Assembly (NCBI GenBank): GCA_963668175.1
Contig: OY764159.1
Location: 4,096,001 to 4,160,000, forward strand
Direction: 5' to 3'
Source: Syntrophales bacterium
GTDB taxonomy: Bacteria > Desulfobacterota > Syntrophia > Syntrophales > PHBD01
Length of the DNA stretch: 64,000 nucleotides
The translations under genes and the position numbers were made by a program. This document shows, piece by piece, positions 21,321 through 31,122 of the stretch. A model generated the notes under the pieces. That model had not been told where the DNA came from. It worked only from the letters and a program-made list of their open reading frames with translations, and searched no databases. The stretch's first letter is position 1, and each line of letters opens with the position of its first letter.

Positions 21321-22274
21321 ATGATCGTCAATAAGACTATTTTCATCACCGGCGGCGCCGGTTTCATAGCGAACACCCTCATTTCGCGGCTGGTCGAAAG
21401 CAATCGAATCATCGTCTATGACAATTTTCACCGCGACACGCTTTCCGGCAGTCCCTATGCCTCTCACCCGAACCTGCGCACCGTCAAGGGCGACGTCCTG
21501 GAAGAGGACAATGTCCGGAAGAGCATGGCGGGAGCGGATATCGTCGTCCATGCGGCCGCCATCGCCGGTATCGATACGGTCATCAAGAGCCCGACGAAGA
21601 CGATGCGGGTCAACATGATCGGCACGGCGAACGTCCTGGAGGCCGCAAGACAAAACCGGATCAGGGACCGCATCGTCGATTTTTCCACGTCGGAAGTCTT
21701 CGGAAGCTTTGCCTTCAAGCCTACGGAAGATGCCGACACAGTTGCAGGAAGCGCCGGGGAAGCACGCTGGACCTACGCCGTAAGCAAGCTGGCCGGTGAG
21801 CATCTGGCCATCGCCTACTTCCGGGAATTCGGCCTCCCTATCGTGTCCGTCAGGCCGTTCAACGTTTACGGCCCGGGACAGACCGGCGAAGGGGCCATTC
21901 AGGTCTTCATCAAGCACGCCCTCAAGAATGAGGAAATCGAGATCCACGGCGACGGCAATCAGATCCGGGCCTGGTGCTTCGTCGATGACTTTGTGGACTG
22001 CCTGATGGCTTGCGTCGAAAACCCTGTCGCCATCGGTGAGTCTTTCAATATCGGCAACGCCCGGGCCGTCATGACAACGTATGGCCTGGCCCAAACAGTC
22101 TGCCGGGTCCTCGGTTCCCGGTCGAATATCGTCTTCAAACCGGCTCTGTCCGCCGAGGTGGAATTGAGAATCCCGTCTGTCGAGAAGGCCTTCCGGATGC
22201 TTGGATTCCGGGCAAGAACCGACCTCGACGAAGGCATCCGCCGAACGGCCGATTGGTTCCTGAAACATGATTAA
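21321..22274 (+). CDS. NAD-dependent nucleotide-sugar epimerase/dehydratase/decarboxylase (extended SDR)
   Basis: [23 protein letters not shown] (YxxxK) and [10 protein letters not shown]. Confidence 0.9.
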   Translation: MIVNKTIFITGGAGFIANTLISRLVESNRIIVYDNFHRDTLSGSPYASHPNLRTVKGDVLEEDNVRKSMAGADIVVHAAAIAGIDTVIKSPTKTMRVNMIGTANVLEAARQNRIRDRIVDFSTSEVFGSFAFKPTEDADTVAGSAGEARWTYAVSKLAGEHLAIAYFREFGLPIVSVRPFNVYGPGQTGEGAIQVFIKHALKNEEIEIHGDGNQIRAWCFVDDFVDCLMACVENPVAIGESFNIGNARAVMTTYGLAQTVCRVLGSRSNIVFKPALSAEVELRIPSVEKAFRMLGFRARTDLDEGIRRTADWFLKHD

Positions 22275-23367
22275 GCTTGCACAGCCGAACATACCCGAAG
22301 AAGCCGTTGAAAAGGTCGCGGACATCCTGCGGTCGGGCCTTCTGATCCAGGGGCGCAACGTCGAGACCTTTGAAAAAGCCATCGCCGCCTATACCGGCGC
22401 GCCCCATGCCGTGGCCGTCTCGTCGGGAACGGCAGCGCTTCATCTTTCCCTTATGGCATTGGGCATTACGCACGGCGACGAAGTGATCGTTCCGGCCTTC
22501 ACCTTTCCGGCGACGGTCAATGTCGTGGAACTGGTCGGCGCCAGACCCGTTCTGGTCGATATCCGGCTTGACGATCTTTGCCTGGACGCATCACGCATCG
22601 AAGAGGCCATTTCCAAGAAGACAAAGGCCATCCTTCCGGTACACGAGTTCGGTCAGGCCGCCGACATGGAGAAGATATCGACAGTGGCCGGCCGTCTCGA
22701 CATACCGGTTGTCGAAGATGCCGCCTGCGCCCTGGGCACCGAATACAATCGCCGCAAGGCGGGCACATTCGGCATAGCAGGCTGCTTCAGTTTTCATCCC
22801 CGCAAGGCCATTACGACCGGCGAAGGAGGGGCCGTCACGACCGGAAGCGAAAAGTTCGCCGAAAAGATACGGTCCCTGCGCAATCATGGAATTGCCCTGA
22901 CACCGGAAGGTCAGGACTTCATCCACGCGGGCCTCAACTACCGGATGACCGACTTCCAGGCTGCTTTAGGCCTTGGCCAAATGGATCACCTCGACCAGCA
23001 GATTGAGGAACGGATACAGTTGGCCGACCGCTACGACGAAGCGCTGGCAGGAATCCCCTGGCTTACCCTGCCCTGCCGGCATCCTAATAGGAGACATGTC
23101 TTTCAGACGTATCACGTCCTGTGCGATCCGAAGATCGATAGACAAAAACTGATCCGTGATCTGAAGTCTGCCGGCATTGAAACGAACCTGGGAGCCCAGG
23201 CGATCCAGTGCCTTACATACTACAGAAAAAAATACGGTTTCCGGGAATCCGATTTCCCCCATGCGGTCCGGGCCTACCGGCATGGACTGGCTTTGCCCAT
23301 GGGGTCCCATGTCCGGCCGGAAGACGTCCTGTATATTGCCGGGCGGCTGGCCGAATATGCGGGATAA
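22267..23367 (+). CDS. DegT/DnrJ/EryC1/StrS aminotransferase
   Basis: [31 protein letters not shown] and [12 protein letters not shown]. Confidence 0.92.
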   Translation: MIKLAQPNIPEEAVEKVADILRSGLLIQGRNVETFEKAIAAYTGAPHAVAVSSGTAALHLSLMALGITHGDEVIVPAFTFPATVNVVELVGARPVLVDIRLDDLCLDASRIEEAISKKTKAILPVHEFGQAADMEKISTVAGRLDIPVVEDAACALGTEYNRRKAGTFGIAGCFSFHPRKAITTGEGGAVTTGSEKFAEKIRSLRNHGIALTPEGQDFIHAGLNYRMTDFQAALGLGQMDHLDQQIEERIQLADRYDEALAGIPWLTLPCRHPNRRHVFQTYHVLCDPKIDRQKLIRDLKSAGIETNLGAQAIQCLTYYRKKYGFRESDFPHAVRAYRHGLALPMGSHVRPEDVLYIAGRLAEYAG

Positions 23368-23532
23368 GAAGGCCGTCAAAACAGCCCGCCGGAAGAAGGA
23401 CGATTATGGCCTTGATATCTTCCGGCGGTTGGCATAATGATACCCTGTTTCGTGCATTGAGACCGTCGACCATAACTTGCCGTTAAAGATTTATGCGTGG
23501 CGGTTCGCCCGGGGGAAAGGCGGAGAGAAAGC

Positions 23533-24066
23533 ATGGATATAGGCGACCACAAGAGATACGCCACGCACGGGACGGGGAAGTTCCAGTTCTCCGACTTCCG
23601 GAAAATCGGCCGCCATGTCGTTTTTGAGGACGGCGTTCTGGTCTTTCACCCGGAGAACATTACCATCGGTGAAAACGTCTATATTGGTCACAATACGATC
23701 CTCAAAGGGTACTATAAAGGGGAGATGTTCATCGGCGATCATACCTGGATCGGCCAGGGATGCTTCTTTCACAGCGCCGGTGATATTATCATCGGCAAAG
23801 CCGTCGGCATCGGGCCGATGGTGAAAATCATCACGTCGGTCCACGAGGAGGGAAATCCTGCCGCGCCCGTCCTGTTTCAGGATTTGATCTTCAGGAAGGT
23901 CACGATCGAAGACGGAAGCGATATCGGCATCGGCTCCATCATCCTGCCGGGCGTCACCGTCGGCGAAGGCGCCATTGTCGCCGCCGGGGCCGTCGTGACC
24001 CGCGATATACCGCCTCACTCCGTTGCCGCCGGTGTTCCGGCAAAGATTATACGAAAGCGGACTTAG
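23533..24066 (+). CDS. Hexapeptide-repeat acyltransferase
   Basis: LbH repeats and [15 protein letters not shown]...GVPAK; GGAGAG RBS before ATG 23533. Confidence 0.88.
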   Translation: MDIGDHKRYATHGTGKFQFSDFRKIGRHVVFEDGVLVFHPENITIGENVYIGHNTILKGYYKGEMFIGDHTWIGQGCFFHSAGDIIIGKAVGIGPMVKIITSVHEEGNPAAPVLFQDLIFRKVTIEDGSDIGIGSIILPGVTVGEGAIVAAGAVVTRDIPPHSVAAGVPAKIIRKRT

Positions 24067-24074
24067 ACCTGTCC

Positions 24075-24701
24075 ATGGAACAGAAGATCATCATCGTCGA
24101 TTACGGAATGGGGAATCTCGGTTCCATTTATAATATGCTGAAGCACTTAGGCATTCAGGCGACCATTACCTCCAAGATCTCCGATGTAGAGCAAGCGGAT
24201 AAATTGCTCCTGTCCGGCGTCGGTGCCTTCGACAACGGCATGAAGAGTCTTGCGAATCTCGATTTACTCCCTATCCTCAACCGTAAAGCCAGGGAAGACA
24301 AGACGCCCGTCCTGGGCATCTGCCTGGGAATGCAGCTTCTGACCGAAAAGAGCGAGGAAGGGGAACTGCCGGGGCTGGGTTGGATTCAAGGCAAGACCGT
24401 TCGTTTTTCGTTTCCCAAAAACGACGGCCATTTAAAAATCCCGCATATGGGGTGGAATACGGTCGATCTCAAGAAATCGAACCCCCTGTTTGAAGGCATG
24501 TTCGCCGAACCAAGGTTTTATTTCGTTCATTCCTATCACCTCTTGTGCGATCATCCGGAGGATGTCGTCTGCCTGACCAACCACGGATACGATTTCGCGT
24601 CCATCGTCAACCGGGACAACATCTTCGGGGTCCAGTTTCATCCGGAAAAGAGCCATAAATTCGGTATGAAGCTCCTGGAAAATTTCATTCGGCGGGTCTG
24701 A
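24075..24701 (+). CDS. hisH: HisH-like glutamine amidotransferase subunit (WbuY/HisH2 type, glycan modification)
   Basis: DYGMGN, LGICLGMQ, PHMGWN, FYFVHSY and QFHPEKS; located inside the sugar cluster. Confidence 0.9.
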   Translation: MEQKIIIVDYGMGNLGSIYNMLKHLGIQATITSKISDVEQADKLLLSGVGAFDNGMKSLANLDLLPILNRKAREDKTPVLGICLGMQLLTEKSEEGELPGLGWIQGKTVRFSFPKNDGHLKIPHMGWNTVDLKKSNPLFEGMFAEPRFYFVHSYHLLCDHPEDVVCLTNHGYDFASIVNRDNIFGVQFHPEKSHKFGMKLLENFIRRV

Positions 24702-24702
24702 T

Positions 24703-25464
24703 ATGCTGAAAACGAGGGTTATGCCATGTCTGCTTTCCAAAAACGGGCGCCTGGTCAAAACGGTTAAATTCAAAAATCCGGCCTATATTGGCGATCCCGT
24801 CAATGCCATCAAGATTTACAACGAAAAGGAAGTCGACGAACTCATCCTTGTCGACATCACGGCAACGATCGAAGAAAGAAAACCCTCCCTCGATCTCATA
24901 AGCGAAATCGCCGACGAATGCTTCATGCCGCTTACCTACGGCGGCGGCATCAGGGACGTGGACGACATGAGGCGCATCTTCGGCCTCGGCATCGAAAAGA
25001 TCGCCGTAAACAGCTACGCTGCGGAGAATCCGTCTTTCATCACCCAGGCCGCCGCGCTGTTCGGAAGCCAGAGTGTCGTCGTCTCCATCGACGCAAAGAA
25101 AAACTGGCTGGGCCGCTATACGGTCTTCACCCACGGAGGCAGAAAAGACATCAAACGCGATCCGGTGGCGTATGCCAGGGAGATGGAGCAAATGGGGGCG
25201 GGAGAAATCCTGTTGAATTCGATCGACCGGGACGGCACCATGGAAGGTTACGACCTGGACCTCATCAAGACGGTCGCCGGGGCGATCGGTATCCCCGTCA
25301 TTGCCTGCGGCGGCGCCGGTTCCGTAGACGATTTCGGCAAAGCCGTGAAAACGGGAGGGGCCTCAGCCGTCGCCGCCGGCAGCATGGTCGTCTACCAGGG
25401 AAAGAACCGCGGCGTGCTGATCAACTTCCCGACCAGGGAAGATTTGGAAAGGGTCCTGAACTAG
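24703..25464 (+). CDS. hisF: HisF-like cyclase subunit (WbuZ/HisF2 type, acetamidino modification)
   Basis: GDPVNAIKIYNEKEVDEL, CFMPLTYGGG, GAGEILLNSIDRDGT and GVLINFP. Confidence 0.9.
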   Translation: MLKTRVMPCLLSKNGRLVKTVKFKNPAYIGDPVNAIKIYNEKEVDELILVDITATIEERKPSLDLISEIADECFMPLTYGGGIRDVDDMRRIFGLGIEKIAVNSYAAENPSFITQAAALFGSQSVVVSIDAKKNWLGRYTVFTHGGRKDIKRDPVAYAREMEQMGAGEILLNSIDRDGTMEGYDLDLIKTVAGAIGIPVIACGGAGSVDDFGKAVKTGGASAVAAGSMVVYQGKNRGVLINFPTREDLERVLN

Positions 25465-25465
25465 C

Positions 25466-26614
25466 ATGGAGAACGAGAAGAACACCATCTGCACACGATG
25501 CATTTACGACGACCACATCCCTTATATAACATTCGACGAGGAAGGCGTCTGCAACTACTGCCGTCAGACGGAACAGTTGGAGAATGAATATCCCACCGGC
25601 GACAGAGGGTGGAAGATTCTCGAAGAACTGGCGGAAAAAATAAGGCGCGACGGCAAGGGCAAGCCTTACGACGTCGTCGTCGGCGTCAGCGGCGGATGCG
25701 ATTCATCCTACATGCTCCATTTGTCCGCCAAACTCGGACTGCGGCCTCTTGCCGCCCACTTCGACAACACATGGAACTCCAAGATCGCCGTCGAAAATAT
25801 CCACAACATCCTGAAGGTGATGGGCCTGGATCTCTTCACCCATGTGGTGGACAACAGGGAATTCTGCGACATCTTCAAGTCGTTTCTCATGGCCTCCGTT
25901 CCCGACATCGACACCGCTTCCGACATCGGCCTGGCAACGACCCACTATCTGGCCGCCAAGAAATACGGCATCAAATATATCTTCGAAGGCCATTCCTTCC
26001 GTACGGAAGGCATATCCCCCCACGGCTGGTTCTACATGGATGCCAAATACATCGAAACGGTGCAGAAGACATACGGCTCCTACAAACTGGAGACATTTCC
26101 AAACCTCTGGATGTCGCACTGGCTGAGATGGACCATATTCGACGGTATCAAGAAAATCCGGCCCCTCTATTATCTCGACTACGACAAAGAACAGACGAAG
26201 AAATTCCTGAGCGACACGCTCGGCTGGCAGTGGTACGGCGGCCATCACATGGAGAACAGGACGGCCTACTTCACCAACAACTACTATCTGCCGCGAAAAT
26301 TCGCGATCGACCTCCGGTATTCGGAATTCTCCGCCCTGGTGAGGGCGGGCAAGATGACCCGGGCCGATGCCCTTGCGCAGATCAAGGAGCCCAAGCCGTT
26401 CGATCAGGGCATTCTCGAAGAGGTCAAAAAACGGCTCAACTTGAACGACGAGACCTTCGCCGAAATCATGGCCCGGCCGAGAAAAACCTACCGGGATTAC
26501 GTCACATACAAAGAGACCTTCGAGCGGATGCGCTGGCTCTTCTGGATCATGTACCGGCTGGATCTGGTTCCGAAGAGTTTCTACATGAAGTATACGAGAA
26601 AGTACGACGAATAA
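25466..26614 (+). CDS. N-acetyl sugar amidotransferase (WbuX/WbpG/PseA family)
   Basis: CTRC, CNYC and PP-loop GVSGGCDSS; adjacent to the hisH/hisF paralogues. Confidence 0.9.
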   Translation: MENEKNTICTRCIYDDHIPYITFDEEGVCNYCRQTEQLENEYPTGDRGWKILEELAEKIRRDGKGKPYDVVVGVSGGCDSSYMLHLSAKLGLRPLAAHFDNTWNSKIAVENIHNILKVMGLDLFTHVVDNREFCDIFKSFLMASVPDIDTASDIGLATTHYLAAKKYGIKYIFEGHSFRTEGISPHGWFYMDAKYIETVQKTYGSYKLETFPNLWMSHWLRWTIFDGIKKIRPLYYLDYDKEQTKKFLSDTLGWQWYGGHHMENRTAYFTNNYYLPRKFAIDLRYSEFSALVRAGKMTRADALAQIKEPKPFDQGILEEVKKRLNLNDETFAEIMARPRKTYRDYVTYKETFERMRWLFWIMYRLDLVPKSFYMKYTRKYDE

Positions 26615-26708
26615 CAGGCGGTGACAGGAGATTCACCTCGGACCGCCGCGGCATTCGCGCTTAAAGAGATGTGGCCGAAAACCGCCTTTTGCAGGCAACG
26701 GGAACACC

Positions 26709-28004
26709 ATGAAGATCTTCATCGGCTTGAGAGAACTATCGGGCTACTACCACAATTTGAAGCTGGGCTTCGACGCCCTGGGAATCGAATCCGTTTTTGT
26801 CAATCTGAGCGGTCATCCTTACCAATACGGCGCCGATGCCAATCCCGCCTGGATCAACGGCATCAACCGCATGGCGCAGAAAATCGGCACACGCTTCTTT
26901 TCCAGTTGGACCATGAGAATCATCTGGACCTGTTTCTTTCAGAACATCATCAGCCTCTTTCTCTTTTTCTGGGCTCTTCTTAAATTCGACGCCTTCATCT
27001 TCGGTTCCAATTCGACTTTCTTTTTTTTCCTGGATCTTCCGATTCTTAAACTCTGCAAAAAAAAAATAATCTACGTATTTCACGGCTCTGAAGCCCGTCC
27101 GGTCTATCTGAACGGTTACATCATGAAAGACGATCGCAGGAAGACGATCTGGGTGGGCATCGTCCTCGCCAGGATACAAAAGACGATGCTTGCGATCGTG
27201 AACCGCTACGCCGACTGTTCGATCAATATCCCGCCCCAGGCCTATTTTCATACGAAACCCTTTGTCTCCTGGCTGATGGTGGGCGTCCCTCACCACATCA
27301 CGGCGGCGGCAAGACCTGCTCCCGATTTCAGCAAAACATCGGACGCCCCGGTGCGGATTCTTCATGCCCCATCCAAACCCGGCCCCAAGGGAACACTGGT
27401 TATCCGGCAGGCGATTCAAACATTGAAAGAAAGAGGTCACCGGATCGACTACATCGAAATCACGGGAAAACCGAACAGGGAGGTCCTGGAAGAACTGGAG
27501 CGCTGCGATTTTGTCGTCGACGAGATTTATTCCGATACGCCGATGGCTGTTTTCGCCACGGAGGCCGCCTTCGCCGGCAAACCGACCGTCGTCGGCGGGT
27601 ACTATTCCCGGAATATCCGAGAGGATGTCCCGGCGGCCTGCATACCGCCCAGCCTCTTCTGCCATCCCGACGATCTGGAAAAATCGATTGAAAAAATGGT
27701 CTCGGACAAAGCATACCGGGAAGAACTGGGAAAGAAGGCTTTCGATTTCGTCATGACGCACTGGTCGGCAAAGACGGTTGCCGCCCGATATCTTCAACTC
27801 ATCAGAGGCGATATTCCGGAAGCGTGGCTGTACAACCCTTACCGGATAAGATATTTGCACGGATGCGGTTTGCCGGAGGAAAAGGCCAGGGCGATTATTC
27901 GGGGATTCGTCGCCGCCGCAGGGCCGGGCGCCCTCTGTCTTCGGGATAAACCGGAACTCGTCCGATTGTTCACCCAGTTTGCTTCCTTGGAAAAGCCTTC
28001 ATGA
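26709..28004 (+). CDS. GT-B fold glycosyltransferase (GT4-like)
   Basis: FHGSEAR, ILHAPS..GPKGT, CDFVVDEI and EAAFAGKP. Confidence 0.8.
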   Translation: MKIFIGLRELSGYYHNLKLGFDALGIESVFVNLSGHPYQYGADANPAWINGINRMAQKIGTRFFSSWTMRIIWTCFFQNIISLFLFFWALLKFDAFIFGSNSTFFFFLDLPILKLCKKKIIYVFHGSEARPVYLNGYIMKDDRRKTIWVGIVLARIQKTMLAIVNRYADCSINIPPQAYFHTKPFVSWLMVGVPHHITAAARPAPDFSKTSDAPVRILHAPSKPGPKGTLVIRQAIQTLKERGHRIDYIEITGKPNREVLEELERCDFVVDEIYSDTPMAVFATEAAFAGKPTVVGGYYSRNIREDVPAACIPPSLFCHPDDLEKSIEKMVSDKAYREELGKKAFDFVMTHWSAKTVAARYLQLIRGDIPEAWLYNPYRIRYLHGCGLPEEKARAIIRGFVAAAGPGALCLRDKPELVRLFTQFASLEKPS

Positions 28005-29410
28005 TCAGACAGCTTTTCAAAGACAGCCTTATCTACGGAACGGCGAGCATCCTCTCCCAGGGAATCCCGATCCTCATCGTTCCCATTTATACCCGCTTCT
28101 TGTCGCCGGACAGTTACGGCGGCATGGATATGCTCGCCGTCTTTGCCGCCTTGATCAACGTCACGGTAGCCCTCGAAATATCGCAGGGCATGGCCCGGTC
28201 CTACGCCGATATCAAAACCGAAGACGAAAGAACAAGGTATGCATCGACAGCCCTGTGGTTTTCCGTCGCCGCCTACCTGCTCTTCGCCGTCCTGGCCGTC
28301 CTTTTTTCAGGACCGCTGACGCGGCTGCTCCTCGATTCGGGAAACTGGGAGTGGATTTTTCAGGTCGCCGTCATCGCCATGACCGTCAACGGAATATCCT
28401 TTTTTCTGCAGAACCAGCTTCGCTGGCTCCTCAAACCCGCGGCTTATGCCGTCTCGAGCATCGTCTATGCCGTGACGGCGACGGGGATCGCTATTTTTCT
28501 TATCGCAGCGCTCAACTGGGGGGTCATCGGCGTCTTTTACGGCCAGATCATCGGTGCCGCCGTCAGCGGGCTCATTGCGTACCTGGCGGCCCGGAACATG
28601 TTCGCCATGACCTTCGATGCGGGAAGGTGCAGAGAAATGCTTTCATTCTCGATCCCACTGGTGCCTTCGAGCATCTCCGTCCTGGCGGCCAACTACGTCG
28701 ACCGAATCGCCATCAAGTCTTTCATGACGCTGGCGGACGTCGGCATCTACGGCGTGGGATTCCGCTTCGCCTCGGTGGTCAATCTGCTGATGGTGGGCTT
28801 TTACAGCGCACTGACGCCGCTCGTTTACCAGAATTACCGGGACACATCGACACCCGGAAATCTGGAACGGATATTCAGATACTTCCTTGCAGGAACATTG
28901 CCGCTGATCGTCGCCATATCGCTCTTTTCCCGGGAAATCGTCGGACTGTTCGCCGCTCCGGAATATGGTGCCGCCTGGCTGGTGATCCCCATTCTCGCCG
29001 CCGCATCCGTGTTATCGAGGATGTACATATTCGCCCCCGGCCTGGACATTGCGAAAAAGACGGGTGTCATTGCGTCCATCAACATCATCGCGGCCCTTGT
29101 CAATATCGTCCTGAATATCGCCATGATTCCCGTTCTCGGTCTTGCGGGCTCCGCCCTTGCCACCCTGGCCGGCTTCAGCGTCATGTTTGCGGCCTACCTG
29201 GTCATCGGTCAGAAGCACTATCCGGTACCCCATCGCTGGCCGGCCATAGGCGCAGCTATCCTGATATCCTCGGCCGCATCGGCAGCTGTCTATTGCCTGG
29301 AAGCGAAAACCTCGAACACCGTCTTGATTTTTAAGGTGCTCATTCTGGCGGCTGCGTCGGCCGTCGTGTTCCGGCTGCTGAAGAACAGGACCGAAAGGGC
29401 AATGGGTTGA
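28001..29410 (+). CDS. Wzx-like oligosaccharide flippase
   Basis: KDSLIYG, PIYTRFLSPDSYG, FSIPLVP and DR..I...VGIY motifs; 12-14 hydrophobic segments. Confidence 0.88.
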   Translation: MIRQLFKDSLIYGTASILSQGIPILIVPIYTRFLSPDSYGGMDMLAVFAALINVTVALEISQGMARSYADIKTEDERTRYASTALWFSVAAYLLFAVLAVLFSGPLTRLLLDSGNWEWIFQVAVIAMTVNGISFFLQNQLRWLLKPAAYAVSSIVYAVTATGIAIFLIAALNWGVIGVFYGQIIGAAVSGLIAYLAARNMFAMTFDAGRCREMLSFSIPLVPSSISVLAANYVDRIAIKSFMTLADVGIYGVGFRFASVVNLLMVGFYSALTPLVYQNYRDTSTPGNLERIFRYFLAGTLPLIVAISLFSREIVGLFAAPEYGAAWLVIPILAAASVLSRMYIFAPGLDIAKKTGVIASINIIAALVNIVLNIAMIPVLGLAGSALATLAGFSVMFAAYLVIGQKHYPVPHRWPAIGAAILISSAASAAVYCLEAKTSNTVLIFKVLILAAASAVVFRLLKNRTERAMG

Positions 29411-29411
29411 T

Positions 29412-31076
29412 ATGGTCAAAAAGCTCCCCGCCTTGAGAATGCCCGATTCGACCGTCTTCGGCAACCGTGCTCGCCGACCCGTCTGGAAAGATCTCCTGGC
29501 CTTTCTGGTCATCGTCGCGGTCGTGGCTGCCATATACGGCAACGGCCTGCATGCCGATTGGCATCTCGACGATTTCGACAACATCGTCAACAATCCGAAC
29601 GTGCATCTGAAGAGTCTTTCCCGGCAAGGAATAGAGAAGTCCCTGCACGGCATGGAGAAGTCGGGCGGTCATATTTCCCGGCCGGTGTCGTACCTGAGTT
29701 TCGCTCTCAATTACTGCACCGGCGGGCTTAACGTCTTCGGATATCATGCCGTCAACATAGCCATCCACGGCCTGGTGTCGATCGTTCTGTTTCTTCTGAT
29801 TCGCAACATCCTCCTTCTTCCGATCTTTGAAGGCCGTTACGAAAAGCAGGCATCCGCCATCGCCCTTGCGGCCACGGTGCTGTGGGCGACCAGCCCCGTT
29901 CAGGTAACGGCCGTTACCTATATCGTCCAGAGAATGGCCAGCCTGGCAGGCCTCTTCTATATCCTGACCCTCTATCTTTACATGAAGGCAAGGACCTCGC
30001 AAAAACGGGGACAAAGAATCATATGGGCCGCCGCCGGCGTTCTGTCCGCCTTGTGCGCATTCGGATCGAAGGAAAACACCCTTATGCTTCCCGTTATTCT
30101 GCTTCTTTTCGATCTCCTTCTGCTCAGAGAATTCCCGCTGAGGCGCGCCGGGGCGATCCTGATCATGGCGGGCTTATTTGCTCTTGCCGTCCTGACGGCT
30201 GCCTTCTGCTTCCTGGACTTTTCGACCGTTGCGGGGAATTACGACATCCGGCCGTTTACCATGGGAGAGCGGCTGCTTACCGAGCCAAGGGTCCTTTTTC
30301 TCTATGCGTCGCTTCTCCTCTTCCCTCTCCCTTCCAGGCTGATGCTCTATCACGATATCACCTGGTCCACATCATTTCTAAGCCCGCCGGCAACCGCAAT
30401 GGCCGTCATCGCCATAGGCGTTCTTTTTCTGCTGTGCATTGCGTTATCCCGAATGAAGCCCCTGATAGTCTTCTGCATCCTCTTCTTCCTGCTCAACCAC
30501 ATCATCGAGGGTTCTTTCATTTCGCTCGAATTGATCTTCGAACACCGGAATTATATCCCTTCCATGTTCTTCTTTCTCCCGTTGGTGTTGGCGGCCGCCG
30601 GCGTCCTTAACAGGAAGAAAGCGTACGTGGCCCTGAAAACATTGCTTGTTGGATTATTTGTCTTCACCGTGGTTTTTCAGATGTACGGAACCGTTACGCG
30701 CAACGCGACCTTTGCGACCCGGATCGGTCTTCTCGCGGACAACAGCGCCAAAGCACCCCGCTTAAGCGTCATTCATCACAATCTCGGCGTTGAGTATTAC
30801 AACAGGCAGATGTACCGGGAGGCTTACGACGCTTACACGAAGGCGCTTCAGGAAAACCGCTACATGAATCTCCAGCAGAAGGGATTGACGTACTACAATC
30901 TCGGTCTTTATTTTCAGTATGTCGCCAAGGATGCGAAACAGGCCCAGGCATACTACGAAGAGGCCAAGCATTACACGACGGAAATGGACGATGCCATTAC
31001 GCAACAACGGCTGCATAACGACGACGGGCATCGCGGAAAAGCAAAGCAAGAGAAACCGTCTGCCCCGCGGTCATGA
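29412..31076 (+). CDS. TMTC-like GT-C membrane glycosyltransferase with C-terminal TPRs
   Basis: WHLDD in the first loop, RPVSYLSFALNY, YHAVNIAIH, AVTYIVQR, SKEN, EHRNYIPS, then HHNLG/YYNLG TPR motifs. Confidence 0.8.
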   Translation: MVKKLPALRMPDSTVFGNRARRPVWKDLLAFLVIVAVVAAIYGNGLHADWHLDDFDNIVNNPNVHLKSLSRQGIEKSLHGMEKSGGHISRPVSYLSFALNYCTGGLNVFGYHAVNIAIHGLVSIVLFLLIRNILLLPIFEGRYEKQASAIALAATVLWATSPVQVTAVTYIVQRMASLAGLFYILTLYLYMKARTSQKRGQRIIWAAAGVLSALCAFGSKENTLMLPVILLLFDLLLLREFPLRRAGAILIMAGLFALAVLTAAFCFLDFSTVAGNYDIRPFTMGERLLTEPRVLFLYASLLLFPLPSRLMLYHDITWSTSFLSPPATAMAVIAIGVLFLLCIALSRMKPLIVFCILFFLLNHIIEGSFISLELIFEHRNYIPSMFFFLPLVLAAAGVLNRKKAYVALKTLLVGLFVFTVVFQMYGTVTRNATFATRIGLLADNSAKAPRLSVIHHNLGVEYYNRQMYREAYDAYTKALQENRYMNLQQKGLTYYNLGLYFQYVAKDAKQAQAYYEEAKHYTTEMDDAITQQRLHNDDGHRGKAKQEKPSAPRS

Positions 31077-31122
31077 TATGCATCGGCCGCGACTCCGGCA
31101 AAACGCCGCCGGGGATGTAGAC

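Noticed and set aside
24075..25464. hisH/hisF as a histidine biosynthesis operon
   Set aside because: No other his genes are present; the HisF2-type sequence and adjacency to a WbuX-like gene indicate glycan amidation.
25609..29334. Long Arg-rich same-strand alternative-frame ORFs (25609..26664 and 27979..29334)
   Set aside because: Off-frame readings of the amidotransferase and flippase genes, whose real frames are intact; no frameshift is needed.
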